Part shown: piece after piece, positions 19,802 to 29,205 of the stretch
Layout of the letters: each line of letters begins with the position of its first letter
Position numbering within the stretch: position 1 is the stretch's first letter
Assembly: GCA_964639985.1 (NCBI GenBank)
Contig: CAZXHG010000008.1
Span: forward strand, 2,116 to 66,115
DNA from: an uncultured Rickettsiales bacterium
GTDB taxonomy: Bacteria; Myxococcota_A; UBA796; UBA9615; CAYRNR01
DNA: 64,000 bases
Reading direction: 5' to 3'
Made by a program: the position numbers and the translations under genes
Notes under the pieces: generated by a model
The model's input: the letters and a program-made list of their open reading frames with translations, nothing else
The model's database searches: none
What the model was told of the DNA's origin: nothing

Positions 19802-22800
19802 TCCTCGATGGCCAGGTAGTCCTTCTGCAGGGACCAGTCCAGGTCGGCCAGGCCACGCACGATCTGGTCCGGATCCTCGGGGAAGTTGTCGCCCGCGATC
19901 AGGTGCACGCAGCGGTTGCGACCATCGCGCTTGGCCTTGTACAGGCCCAGGTCGGCCACGGTGATCACCTGCTCCATGGTCAGCTCCACGGCCGGGTTGT
20001 TGCTGAACGGGAACGCGGTGTAGCCCACCGAGCAGGTCTTCTTGATCACACCGCCGGCGGGCAGATCGAAGTCCGCCCCGGCAACGGCGCTGCGCAAGCG
20101 CTCGGCGAACTCGTCGAGGAAGTCGGCCCGGGTGTGGGGCAGCACCAGCAGGAACTCCTCCCCCCCCCAGCGCACCACGATGTCCTCCACGCGCACGCAG
20201 TCCCGCAGCAGGTCGGCGAAGTGCCGGAGCACCGCGTCGCCCGCGTCGTGGCCGTGGGTGTCGTTGACCTCCTTGAAGTGGTCGATGTCGACCATGAACA
20301 GGCCGATCACGTCCCAGTCCTTGCGCGCTCGACGGTCCACGCTGCCGCCGCTGGCGCGCGTCCGCTGGCGGGCCAGGTCCTCCATCACCGCGGCCACGGT
20401 CTCGAACAGGAAGCGGCGGTTGCGCAGCCCGGTCAGCGGGTCGCGCAGGGACAGCTCGGTGAGCTCCTCGGTCAGCTTTCTCAGGTCGCGCGTGCGGGAC
20501 TCGACCGCGTGCTCGAGCTCCGTGGCCCGGCGCGTGAGCTGCCGCAGGCGTACACCGACCAGCGATGCCACCAGCCCGGACAGGACGAGCGCGGCCAGCA
20601 CGTAGAACCACGGGGTCTGGTAGACGTGCCGCCGGATACGGAAGGTGAAACCGGCCGGTTCCTGGGCCCAGACGCCGTCGTTGTTGCAGGCCCACAGGCG
20701 GAACGTGTAGTCCCCGTGCGGAATGGATGCGTACATCGCCTCCCGCTGTACCACCTCGTCGGAGGGCTCGGCGTCGGTCGGGACGAGCTGGTACCGGAAC
20801 CGTACCTTTCCGGCCGCGGTCAGGCTCAGCGCCGCGTACTGGATGGAGAGGCGCTTGCGCCCTGGCGGTAGAACCAGCTCGCGGGTGTGGTCCACCAGCC
20901 TGCCGTCGATCAGCACCTCCTCGATGCGTACCGGCGGGGCGAGGGTGTTGCGGGTGATGTTGGCCGGGTCGATGGCCGCGAATCCGGCCACCGTGGGGAA
21001 CCACAGCCGGCCGTCGGAGGTGCGCGTTCCCGAAGGCTGGCCGCCGCCGTTGCACTCGTCGCCGGGCATGCCGTCGCCGCGGCCGTAGGCCGTGTGCTCG
21101 ATCCGGTCGACCCTGCCGGCCACGTAGTCGTCGATGGCCGCCTTGGTCACCTGATACACGCCGCGGTTGCAGCTCAGCCACAGGCTGCCCCGCTCGTCGT
21201 CCACGACCCGGAAGATGGTGTCGTCGAACAGGCCGTGCTCGGTGGTGAAGGCGCGGGTCTCACCGCCCCTGTGTCGAAGCAGGCCGCCCAGGGTGCCGAA
21301 CCACAGGGTGCCGTCGTCGTCCTCGTCGATGGAGTAGACCAGCTTCTGGTTGTTGTTCAGCTCGATCCGGGGGGTGAACGGGATGAACTCGCCGTACTGG
21401 TAGCGGGCCAGCCCGCCGCCGCGCGTGCCGATCCACAGGGCGCCTTCGGCGTCGAAGTGCAGCGCCTTGACGATGTCCGAGGGGAGACCGTCCCGCGTGG
21501 TGTAGGTCGTGAAGGCGCCGTCCACCAGGTGACTCAGGCCGCCCTCGGTGCCGACCCACAGGCTGCCGTCGGGATCGGACACGATGGCGTAGACCTGGTC
21601 GTCGGCCAGGTCGTTGGCCGTGGTCCACGTGGTCCAGCGGCCGTCGTGCAACCGTCGCAGGCCGCCGCCGTACAGGCCGGTCCACAGGATCCCGTCCGGC
21701 TCCTCGTGGATCGCCATCAGGGAGTCGCCGAGCGCCTGGGCACGCCCCGGGAAGTCCACGAACTGCCCTTCCCGCAGCAGGTTGAGCCCCTCCTCCGTGC
21801 CCAGCCACACACCGTCGCGCCCCTGCAGCACGGCCCAGCTGCCGTCGTGGGTCAGGCCCTCCTGGCTGGTGTAGCTGGTGAACTTCGCGTCCCGGAGCCG
21901 GTTGAGCCCGCCGCCGAGGGTGCCCAGCCACAGGCTGCCCTCCGCGTCCTCGTAGATCGCCTTGACGTTGTCGTGCCGCAGGCCCTGGGACATGGTCAGG
22001 CAGTGGAAGTGGTCTCCATCCTTCCGGCAGATGCCGCCGTCGTAGGTACCGACCCACAGGTTGCCGTCGCCGTCCTCGAGGATCGACTCGATGAACATCG
22101 AGCTGAGTCCCTGGTCGAGGCCGTGGCCGGTGAGTTCTCCCTCGTGTGCGGCGTACAGCCCCCCGCCGCGGGTGCCGATCCAGACCGCGCCGTCGCGGGT
22201 CTGGTAGAGCGCCGATATCTGCGGATCGCTCAGCGCGTCGTTGTGCGGATGGGCCGTGAACGAACCGTCACTGTACAGACACACCCCCCCGCCCCGCGTT
22301 CCTATCCAGAGGTTGCCGTCCGCGTCCGCGAGCAGCGACTCCACGTCGTTCTCGGTCAGCCCGTCCGCCACGCCGAAGGAGGTCACCCGGTCGCCGTCGA
22401 TGCGGTCGAGGCCCTCGTCCGTACCGACCCAGATGGCGCCATCCACAGGTCCAGCCAGGGCCTGCACCAGGTCGGACGACAGGCCCTGTTCCCGCGTGAA
22501 CGAGCTGAACTCGCCGCCGGCGAAACGCACGAGCCCGCCGCCGTTGGTGCCGGCCCACAGCGCGTCGGACTCCCCCTCGAGCAGGACGCTGACGTAGTTG
22601 TTGGTGATCGCGGCGGTGTTGCGGTTGTCGTACACCACGAACCGTGCGCCATCGAACCGCACCAGCCCCTCCTGGGTGGCCAGCCAGAGGTACCCGTCCG
22701 CGGTCTGTACGATGGAGTGCACCGACACCTGGGGGAGGCCGTCCTCGGGGAGCCAGTACTCGTGGTGGTACTGCGTGACCGCCTTGGCCGGATCCAGTGC

Positions 22801-22887
22801 GTGGGCCACACCCGGGCCCAGGAAGGCCAGGGCCATGAGCGACGTGGCGACGTGGGGCATCAGCGCCCTGCGGCTGTGGCTGGTCAT
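19798..22887 (-). CDS. Sensor diguanylate cyclase: periplasmic two-component-regulator propeller repeats + Y_Y_Y domain + transmembrane segment + GGDEF domain.
   Basis: Signal peptide, then repeated ...G.W.GT..GL... propeller motifs, then one TM helix (WFYVLAALVLSGLVASLVGV), then a GGDEF domain with RDPLTGLRNRR and a GGEEF active site. Confidence 0.9.
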   Translation of the reverse strand: MTSHSRRALMPHVATSLMALAFLGPGVAHALDPAKAVTQYHHEYWLPEDGLPQVSVHSIVQTADGYLWLATQEGLVRFDGARFVVYDNRNTAAITNNYVSVLLEGESDALWAGTNGGGLVRFAGGEFSSFTREQGLSSDLVQALAGPVDGAIWVGTDEGLDRIDGDRVTSFGVADGLTENDVESLLADADGNLWIGTRGGGVCLYSDGSFTAHPHNDALSDPQISALYQTRDGAVWIGTRGGGLYAAHEGELTGHGLDQGLSSMFIESILEDGDGNLWVGTYDGGICRKDGDHFHCLTMSQGLRHDNVKAIYEDAEGSLWLGTLGGGLNRLRDAKFTSYTSQEGLTHDGSWAVLQGRDGVWLGTEEGLNLLREGQFVDFPGRAQALGDSLMAIHEEPDGILWTGLYGGGLRRLHDGRWTTWTTANDLADDQVYAIVSDPDGSLWVGTEGGLSHLVDGAFTTYTTRDGLPSDIVKALHFDAEGALWIGTRGGGLARYQYGEFIPFTPRIELNNNQKLVYSIDEDDDGTLWFGTLGGLLRHRGGETRAFTTEHGLFDDTIFRVVDDERGSLWLSCNRGVYQVTKAAIDDYVAGRVDRIEHTAYGRGDGMPGDECNGGGQPSGTRTSDGRLWFPTVAGFAAIDPANITRNTLAPPVRIEEVLIDGRLVDHTRELVLPPGRKRLSIQYAALSLTAAGKVRFRYQLVPTDAEPSDEVVQREAMYASIPHGDYTFRLWACNNDGVWAQEPAGFTFRIRRHVYQTPWFYVLAALVLSGLVASLVGVRLRQLTRRATELEHAVESRTRDLRKLTEELTELSLRDPLTGLRNRRFLFETVAAVMEDLARQRTRASGGSVDRRARKDWDVIGLFMVDIDHFKEVNDTHGHDAGDAVLRHFADLLRDCVRVEDIVVRWGGEEFLLVLPHTRADFLDEFAERLRSAVAGADFDLPAGGVIKKTCSVGYTAFPFSNNPAVELTMEQVITVADLGLYKAKRDGRNRCVHLIAGDNFPEDPDQIVRGLADLDWSLQKDYLAIEE

Positions 22888-22927
22888 CGCTCCCCGTCCC
22901 CGCCCCGGTGCGCGCGTCCAGTATACG

Positions 22928-23275
22928 TCAGCAGGTGAGGTGGATGGCCAGCGCGACCACTCGATCTTTCGACAGCTCGGTGAACCGCTGGACCGCGGCG
23001 CCGGACCGCAGCGCGACCAGCGTCACGCCATGGCCCCGCAGGGTGGGTTCCACGTCGCGGGCGACGTTCATCCGGCCGAAGTGGCCGGTGCCGACCACGA
23101 GCACCTCGGGCAGCTCGTCGAGCACGTCCTCGAGGTCCACGAGCTGGAGCCGGTGGCCACGTCGCCGCCACCAGGGCGTGACCACGCGCCCCGGCAGCAC
23201 GATCAGGTCCTCGCGGTGCTCCTCGCCGTCGACGGTCAGCGTGCCGAATGCGTAGCCAGACAGGTCCGCGTTCAT
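22928..23275 (-). CDS. Mth938-like domain protein (DUF498).
   Basis: 115 aa. The pattern YAFGTLTVDGEEHREDLIVLPG...LVVGTGHFGRM...HLTC matches the Mth938-like family. Overlapping ORFs on other frames are low-complexity. Confidence 0.65.
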   Translation of the reverse strand: MNADLSGYAFGTLTVDGEEHREDLIVLPGRVVTPWWRRRGHRLQLVDLEDVLDELPEVLVVGTGHFGRMNVARDVEPTLRGHGVTLVALRSGAAVQRFTELSKDRVVALAIHLTC

Positions 23276-23384
23276 GCCACCTCCGCGCTCCCCGCGATGA
23301 TACCCCCCGCGTTGGCACGAACGTTGCGGTCACCCGGACTCGTGACGCCGGTGGTACCCTACGGGCCGGACGTCCGGCGGAGGG

Positions 23385-23795
23385 ATGACGATGCGTAGTC
23401 GATGGACGATCGTGGTGGTGATGGGTTGCCTGGGTGGCGTTCTGGCCGGCTGCCCCAGCCTCGAGGGGGAGTGGATCGGCGAGTGCGATCTCGGCGAGGT
23501 GGACGGCCACGAGTGGGTCTGGGACCTGGACCTGACCGTGGAGGGGGACAAGGGCGACGCCATCCGTGGCTACGCCTTCATGCAGGACAACACCATCTAC
23601 GAGACCTCGTTCTCGGACATCTACGGCGAGCGGGACTTCGACGCGGCCCATGTCGAGCTGCGCTCGTACCTCACCGGCATCCCGGTGACCATGGACCTCG
23701 ACGGCGTCATCGAGGGTAACCTGCTCACCGGCGACTGCAGCTTCGACTGGGGCGAGGAGTACAGCGTCATCGGCGACCTCGTCCTGACCCGCTGA
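23385..23795 (+). CDS. Small hypothetical lipoprotein.
   Basis: GGAGGGA RBS. Signal plus lipobox VLAGC. 136 aa, acidic. Confidence 0.6.
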   Translation: MTMRSRWTIVVVMGCLGGVLAGCPSLEGEWIGECDLGEVDGHEWVWDLDLTVEGDKGDAIRGYAFMQDNTIYETSFSDIYGERDFDAAHVELRSYLTGIPVTMDLDGVIEGNLLTGDCSFDWGEEYSVIGDLVLTR

Positions 23796-24093
23796 GTCCC
23801 TGGTCCGATGCTTCTGCGTCGGGCCTGCTCGACAGCCCGGCCGCTGTACGCATCCTTGGCCCTGCGCACCGGGACCTTCGCTTCCAGTCCGGGGTGGTTC
23901 GAGCTTCGGGGCCAGGGCAACGCGGCTTTGGGGGTGGTCAGGCTCCGAGTCGGAACCGCTCTTCACGGTCCCGGTGACAGGGCCGACGGATGCTGCGCGG
24001 CCTCCTCCGGTCAGGAACAGGTAGGTCGGCTCGAGCGAAGCGGAGCCGACATCCCCGGCATCCGCCACCCATCCCCGCTCCCGGACCCGCCCG

Positions 24094-25416
24094 TCAGCTC
24101 CCGAACGTCTCCATGAACGCATCCAGCCGCGCCTCGGCCTGGGCCCCCGTGTAGGCGCGCGGATCGGCGTGGTCCGCGTCCAGAACCAGCGCGCGGATCC
24201 CGTCCGCGGCCAGGCGGTCACGCAGCTCCAGCTGCCCCACCGAGTAGGGCTTGCAGGAGCGGTCGGAGTGGAACAGCACGCCGTCGCAGTCGTACTCGTC
24301 GACCATGTCCCGGATCAGCTTCAGGCGGTGGGCCAGGCCCCGGTTGAGGATGACCATCGAGTAGGAGTTGGCCAGCCCCAGCCACGGATCGGTGGTGTCC
24401 ATCAGGTCCGCGGTCTCGGCCCACGCGTTGGTGTACGTGGCCGCCACCATCGCGAACCCGTTCTCGGCCAGGCCCCTGGCCAGACCACGCATCTCGAACC
24501 ACACCGGCAGGTTGTCCCACAGCAGCCGGTGGCGCTCGTCCACGACCCCGCCGATGCCGTCGGCGGCCCGCTGGCGCAGCTCGTCCCGCAGCACCCGGTA
24601 GTAGGCGTTGCACTGCTCGCTGCCGCGCAGGGTCACGATCGGGATCATGTGGATGAAGCCGTCGAACGCGGTCCAGGGCGCGGGCCGGGCCTTGTTGGTC
24701 TCCAGGCACTCGCGCCACAGCAGGCACCCCTGCTGGGCCAGCTCCACGGCGTGCTTGAACGCGTCCTCGTCGAACTTCCTCTCCGCCACCTTCGCGGCAA
24801 CGTCTGCCAGGTTGCGGAGCTGGTCCTGCACGTAGGCCAGGTGGGTTGGGTCCGCCTGGTCCGCGTAGACCTGGGGCGTGTCCACGATCACCAGGGGTAC
24901 GTCGAGGTGCCGCGCCAGCTCCCGGTACCAGTAGAACACCGTCTCGCAGATGTTGGTGCAGGTCACCAGCAGGTCGGGGCGGGGGATGCGGCCGATGGGC
25001 GTGCTGCCCGACAGCAACGAGCCGAAGTCGATGCGCGCGTAACTGCACAGGTCCTGGCTGTAGGCCGCCTCCTCGGCCGTGGCGATGAGCTCGGGCGAGG
25101 TGTGGCCCGCGCCGCAGATGGCGCCGTGGTTCTCCGGGTAGAACAGGTGGTAGCCCAGGGGCCGCAGCACCTCGATCGGCGCGCCGGACGTGACCCACGC
25201 CACCGGTACGGCGCCGTCCGCGTAGCGGCCCGAGAAGTAGTGGGCCGTGCTCATCTCCTTGAGCAGCTTCATGGTCTGCGGTGCCGGTCCCAGCGGGGTG
25301 GGCCGGGGCTTGCGGTTGCGGCGCCGCCACCAGGAGTTCGCCCGGTCGGCCTTGGCCAGGCCCGGCCCGACCAGGCCGCGCATCAGCTCGTACTGCGCCC
25401 TGCGGAACACGCTCAC
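24094..25416 (-). CDS. 2-hydroxyacyl-CoA dehydratase family subunit (HgdB/HadC/BcrB-like, PF06050).
   Basis: Conserved Cys cluster context (LLVTCTNICETVFYWY) and overall similarity to the D-component family. The start overlaps the stop of the next gene, so the two form an operon. Confidence 0.7.
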   Translation of the reverse strand: MSVFRRAQYELMRGLVGPGLAKADRANSWWRRRNRKPRPTPLGPAPQTMKLLKEMSTAHYFSGRYADGAVPVAWVTSGAPIEVLRPLGYHLFYPENHGAICGAGHTSPELIATAEEAAYSQDLCSYARIDFGSLLSGSTPIGRIPRPDLLVTCTNICETVFYWYRELARHLDVPLVIVDTPQVYADQADPTHLAYVQDQLRNLADVAAKVAERKFDEDAFKHAVELAQQGCLLWRECLETNKARPAPWTAFDGFIHMIPIVTLRGSEQCNAYYRVLRDELRQRAADGIGGVVDERHRLLWDNLPVWFEMRGLARGLAENGFAMVAATYTNAWAETADLMDTTDPWLGLANSYSMVILNRGLAHRLKLIRDMVDEYDCDGVLFHSDRSCKPYSVGQLELRDRLAADGIRALVLDADHADPRAYTGAQAEARLDAFMETFGS

Positions 25417-26486
25417 AGCACCATCTCCAGGAACGCCTCGAGGCGGGTGGTGATCGCACCGGGTAGCTCCCGCTCCACCTCGGTGTCGAGGAACAGCGCC
25501 GGGATGCCCTCCTCCTCCATCCGTGCCTTGAGCGCGGGCACGTCGAACAGCTCGGGTTCGCAGAACCGCACGTTGTGCACCAGCAGGCCCGCGGCCTCGC
25601 TGCCGCGGGCGAGCCGGACCAGCTGGTCGGCCCGCCGCTGCTGCTCGGTGTTGGTGGTGGAGCAGGGGGGGCGGGCGGCCATGCGGCGTGCGGTCAGCTC
25701 CAGGGGCGGTGCAGTCACGCCCGGGTCGAGCTGGGTGATGCGACGCCCGACCGCGGCGTAGTCCTCGGCCACGATCACGGCGCCCGCGTCCTCCAGCACG
25801 TCCAGCAGGGCCATGGGCTCGGGCACGATGCCGGACACCAGCAGGCCCGGGCCGGTGCGGGGGGCGCCCTCGCCGCGGCGGGCCAGGGCGGCCTCGAGCT
25901 CGGCCAGGTGCTCGGCCGCGGGCACGAAGCTGTCACGCCGCAGCAGCTCCATCAGCTCCCGCTCGGTCAGGGGCAGCTCGCGTCGGTGGCGTCGCAGCTG
26001 GCGCTGGGCGGCCTCGATGCGCTTGCGCACCTCGATCGCCTCGGCCAGACGATCCTCGTCGGGAGCCCTGTCGAAGGCCTCGGCCAGATCGCGCCACAGC
26101 CGCTCCACCTCGGTGCGCAGGAACGCGTCGCCGTAGGTGTCCGAGCGGGGGAGGTGCAGGTGGAACACGGGCCGGTCCCATTCGCCCATGTCCGGCACCA
26201 TCGAGGCCAGGCCCATCATCGAGTCGCAGGTGTTGGGGAACAGGATCCCGTCCACCCCGTCGAGCCCGCCCGCGTCCACGAATGCCATGGCGTTGCGCAC
26301 CAGCGAGCACACGTACGGCTGGATCCGTTCGCTCGGCCCGTCGGGCAGCGGCCCTGGCGGCCCCCACAGCTCGATGCCGAGGATGTCGAGCGACTCCAGC
26401 ACCTCGCGCGGATAGTGGATCGGGAGGACGGCCAGGGTCGGGAGTCCCTGCCGCCGGTGTGCATCGAGGGCGTCCTGGCGTGTCAT
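25413..26486 (-). CDS. 2-hydroxyacyl-CoA dehydratase family subunit (HgdA/HadB-like partner subunit).
   Basis: Same family signature (ILFPNTCDSMMGLASMV). 357 aa. Translationally coupled with 24094..25416. Confidence 0.65.
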   Translation of the reverse strand: MTRQDALDAHRRQGLPTLAVLPIHYPREVLESLDILGIELWGPPGPLPDGPSERIQPYVCSLVRNAMAFVDAGGLDGVDGILFPNTCDSMMGLASMVPDMGEWDRPVFHLHLPRSDTYGDAFLRTEVERLWRDLAEAFDRAPDEDRLAEAIEVRKRIEAAQRQLRRHRRELPLTERELMELLRRDSFVPAAEHLAELEAALARRGEGAPRTGPGLLVSGIVPEPMALLDVLEDAGAVIVAEDYAAVGRRITQLDPGVTAPPLELTARRMAARPPCSTTNTEQQRRADQLVRLARGSEAAGLLVHNVRFCEPELFDVPALKARMEEEGIPALFLDTEVERELPGAITTRLEAFLEMVL

Positions 26487-26541
26487 CAGGGGGGCATCGT
26501 AGCAGATCGGATCCGGCCGCTGCGTGGCCGCGACGGATGGG

Positions 26542-28866
26542 TCAGCGGAGGCGGTGCTCCAGGACCATCAACGCAGAGCGCGCGGCAGCGCGCACGCGAC
26601 GGGATGGGTGCGTGAGCAGCGCCTCGAGGGCGGCCTGGACCTCGACGTCCCCCACGTACCCGGCCACCCGGGTCACCGCGCCGAGGTAGGCGTCCTGGGC
26701 CTCGGGATCCTGCAGCAACGGTGGCAGGGCGCGTGCCACGTCCTCCTCCGTCCAGCCGCGGATCTCCCGGTGGATCGCTTCGCGGGAAGCCTGCTCCTCG
26801 GCCTCCCACCGTTCGTTGTCCAGCAGAACCAGCGTGATGCGGGCTTCGAGCTGCCGGCGAGCATCGGTTGCGTCCCGGGATTGACGCCCCAGCTCACGAA
26901 CCACGGCGAGCGCACCGTGGCGCGCGAGCGAGTAGGCAGCAGCCGAGCGCACGGCCACGTCCCCGTCAGCCGCGATGCTCGCCTCGAGAGCCTCGTCCAC
27001 GCCTGCGGCTCGGCTCATACCGAGCAGGAAGGCGGCGATGCTGCGCAGCGCGGCACTCGGATGGTCCGACAGCCATGACTCGAGCCGTTCCCGGATGCCG
27101 TTCTCGTCCACCAGTCCGGCAGCGAGACGCGTGGTCACGTCGTTGAACCAGAACTGCTCGATCTCACTACCGTCTCCACGCCGGATGCCGCGGAAGATGC
27201 GTCTCAACAGCAGGTAGTCCTGGAACGTGCGGTGCACGAAGCGGTAGTTGCCCTGGCCGTCCCACTCCAGGAACAGACTGCTGCCCATGGCCTGATCCGG
27301 CCTGCTCGGGCGGTTGCCCACCTCGGCCGCCGAGCTCAGCAGATCGGCGAGCCCGGCCGGAAGCTGGCGGATGTTGATCTGTGGCTGGTCCATCTCCCAG
27401 AGCTGGTAGGCCATCTCCTCCATCAGTCCGATCAGGTCCGCCTTGGGTACACAGAATCGGACCGCCTCCTGTTGCGCCCAACGATCGATGGCCTGGTCCA
27501 GTAACGAGGTCAGGGTCCGGGGCCAGCTGTGGGCCGCGCCGAGGCCGGACAGGAACGGCGTCATCAGCCGCAGTGCCAGCGGGAAGCAGGCGAGGTCCCA
27601 CAGGTCGAGATCGTCGATACGCGCCAGCGTGCCGCGCCAGCCACGTGCGCTGTGGCCGCGGAGGTACGACTCGATACGGTGGCGGTCGAACTCCTCCAGC
27701 CGCGCCACCTTGACCAGGGGCAGCTCCAGCGCACCCTCCTCGACGTCCCAGCGGCCTGGCGGCACGAGCATCTCCGTGATCTCCCGAGCGTCGCGGAAGA
27801 TGCGTGTCCGCGCTGTCATCATGATGCGGCTGCCGCAGTCGAGCAGCCCTGCGATCGCGCGCAGGTTTCGCCGGACGACGAACGGATCCAGGCGCACGGT
27901 CATCTCGTCGAAGCCGTCGAGGATCAGCACGAAGCGGCCCTCGGCCAGCATCCGCTCCAGCGCGCCCACTCCCGAGATGTACGCGCCGTGGCGGAAGTAC
28001 AGCTCCTTGAACACCAGCTGCTTGAGGTCGTTGACGTAAGGGAATTCCCACAGGGGCACCAGCAGCGGGACCGGCTGAATCCCGGGGGACTCCAGGTGCC
28101 GGCGGCCCAGGGTCGCGGCCAGCCGGCGACAGACCGTGGACTTGCCCACGCCCGGTTCTCCGAGCAGCACCAGGTGCGAGATCGAGTCGTTCGTCAACCA
28201 GCGATCCAGGTATTCGTCGAGCGCATGGATCTCGCTCTCGTCCACCGGCCGGCAGGCGGGCTCGACGAAGCGAAGCCCGAGGGCATCCCAGCGGTCGACC
28301 TGCTCCTGGGCGTAGCTTCGCAGGTCGACCAGCTGGTTGAGCAGTTCCTGGCGACGGACGAGGGTCACTCCGCGTCGTTCGGCGTAGTCCTGGACGTCCG
28401 GTCCGGCGAGGACCTCGGTCACCACCATCGCCACGTGGTGATGAGAACGATCGACGAAGTCCTGCACCTGCTGCAGATCCGCGACCACGGCGGCGTTGCG
28501 GCACAGCACCACCACGCGCATCTCCAACGGGCCGGTCCGCAAGCCCGCGACCACGTCGGCCGAGAACGAGTGGCCCAGCGTGTCGCGAACCGATTCGCGA
28601 AGCATCACGTCGTATCCGAGCAGCCGTAGCAGGTCGGCGACCCACGTGGCCATGTCCGACTCCGCTTCCAGGCTGGCCAGGGGAACGTGGAGGGTCCGGG
28701 CCAGCTGTTCCAGTACATCGGGTTTGAGGGTGCGCGCGCCCGATTCGAGTCGGCCCAGCTGTTGCCGCGTGACGCCGATGCCGCCGGCGAGCTGTTCGAG
28801 GCTGAGTCCCTTGCTCTTGCGGATCTCCCGGACCCGTTGACCGATCCGTCGCGAACGCTCGTCCAT
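26542..28866 (-). CDS. STAND-class NACHT NTPase with an N-terminal HTH (XRE/Cro-C1 type), a possible Mrr-like restriction-endonuclease-fold domain, and C-terminal HEAT (PBS-lyase-like) repeats.
   Basis: The HTH is IGQRVREIRKSKGLSLEQLAGGIGVTRQQLGRLESG. The Mrr-like segment is WVADLLRLLGYDVMLRES...VVVLCRN (catalytic Lys not evident). The NACHT P-loop is LVLLGEPGVGKST and Walker B is FVLILDGFDEM. C-terminal HEAT-like repeats include DVAVRSAAAYSLARHG and SRRVRAAARSALMVL. Confidence 0.85.
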   Translation of the reverse strand: MDERSRRIGQRVREIRKSKGLSLEQLAGGIGVTRQQLGRLESGARTLKPDVLEQLARTLHVPLASLEAESDMATWVADLLRLLGYDVMLRESVRDTLGHSFSADVVAGLRTGPLEMRVVVLCRNAAVVADLQQVQDFVDRSHHHVAMVVTEVLAGPDVQDYAERRGVTLVRRQELLNQLVDLRSYAQEQVDRWDALGLRFVEPACRPVDESEIHALDEYLDRWLTNDSISHLVLLGEPGVGKSTVCRRLAATLGRRHLESPGIQPVPLLVPLWEFPYVNDLKQLVFKELYFRHGAYISGVGALERMLAEGRFVLILDGFDEMTVRLDPFVVRRNLRAIAGLLDCGSRIMMTARTRIFRDAREITEMLVPPGRWDVEEGALELPLVKVARLEEFDRHRIESYLRGHSARGWRGTLARIDDLDLWDLACFPLALRLMTPFLSGLGAAHSWPRTLTSLLDQAIDRWAQQEAVRFCVPKADLIGLMEEMAYQLWEMDQPQINIRQLPAGLADLLSSAAEVGNRPSRPDQAMGSSLFLEWDGQGNYRFVHRTFQDYLLLRRIFRGIRRGDGSEIEQFWFNDVTTRLAAGLVDENGIRERLESWLSDHPSAALRSIAAFLLGMSRAAGVDEALEASIAADGDVAVRSAAAYSLARHGALAVVRELGRQSRDATDARRQLEARITLVLLDNERWEAEEQASREAIHREIRGWTEEDVARALPPLLQDPEAQDAYLGAVTRVAGYVGDVEVQAALEALLTHPSRRVRAAARSALMVLEHRLR

Positions 28867-29205
28867 CGCCTTCTCCTGTCAGTGCTCGCCGAGCTTACCA
28901 CGGGAGGCGAGTACCAAAGTGGTGCATATGTCGTCAGCATCTACGCTGAATGACACCAAAACGGCACATATCTGATATTTCTGGTTTTTCGGACTGTCTG
29001 GTCTTTCGCGCTTGGTGCCGGACTGGGGCGGCGATAACTCGTTGAAATACAAGACGTTATCTTGACTCTCCCTTGCCGCTTCAACGGTGTCCAGTCTCGG
29101 CCTGGTGGAGTGTAACCAAAATGGTTCGTTTGGATCTTGACCGGTTGGCCGCGGAGGGTGTAGAGCGGTTCCAGAAACAGCCAGGAAGGGAAACGGGAGG
29201 TCCGG

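Noticed and set aside
19193-21181. 662-aa minus-strand ORF
   Set aside because: Only the C-terminal 202 codons (from the ATG at 19801) are credible and are annotated separately. The upstream 460 codons are Arg/Gly/Pro junk overlapping the real GGDEF sensor gene in another frame.
20887-22938. 683-aa plus-strand ORF antisense to the GGDEF sensor
   Set aside because: Low-complexity Val/Ala/Gly/Arg translation. The opposite-strand propeller/GGDEF protein is unambiguous.
22884-24221. 445-aa minus-strand ORF spanning the Mth938-like gene, the lipoprotein gene and the gap
   Set aside because: Arg/Pro/Gly-rich. It overlaps two well-supported genes on different frames or strands.
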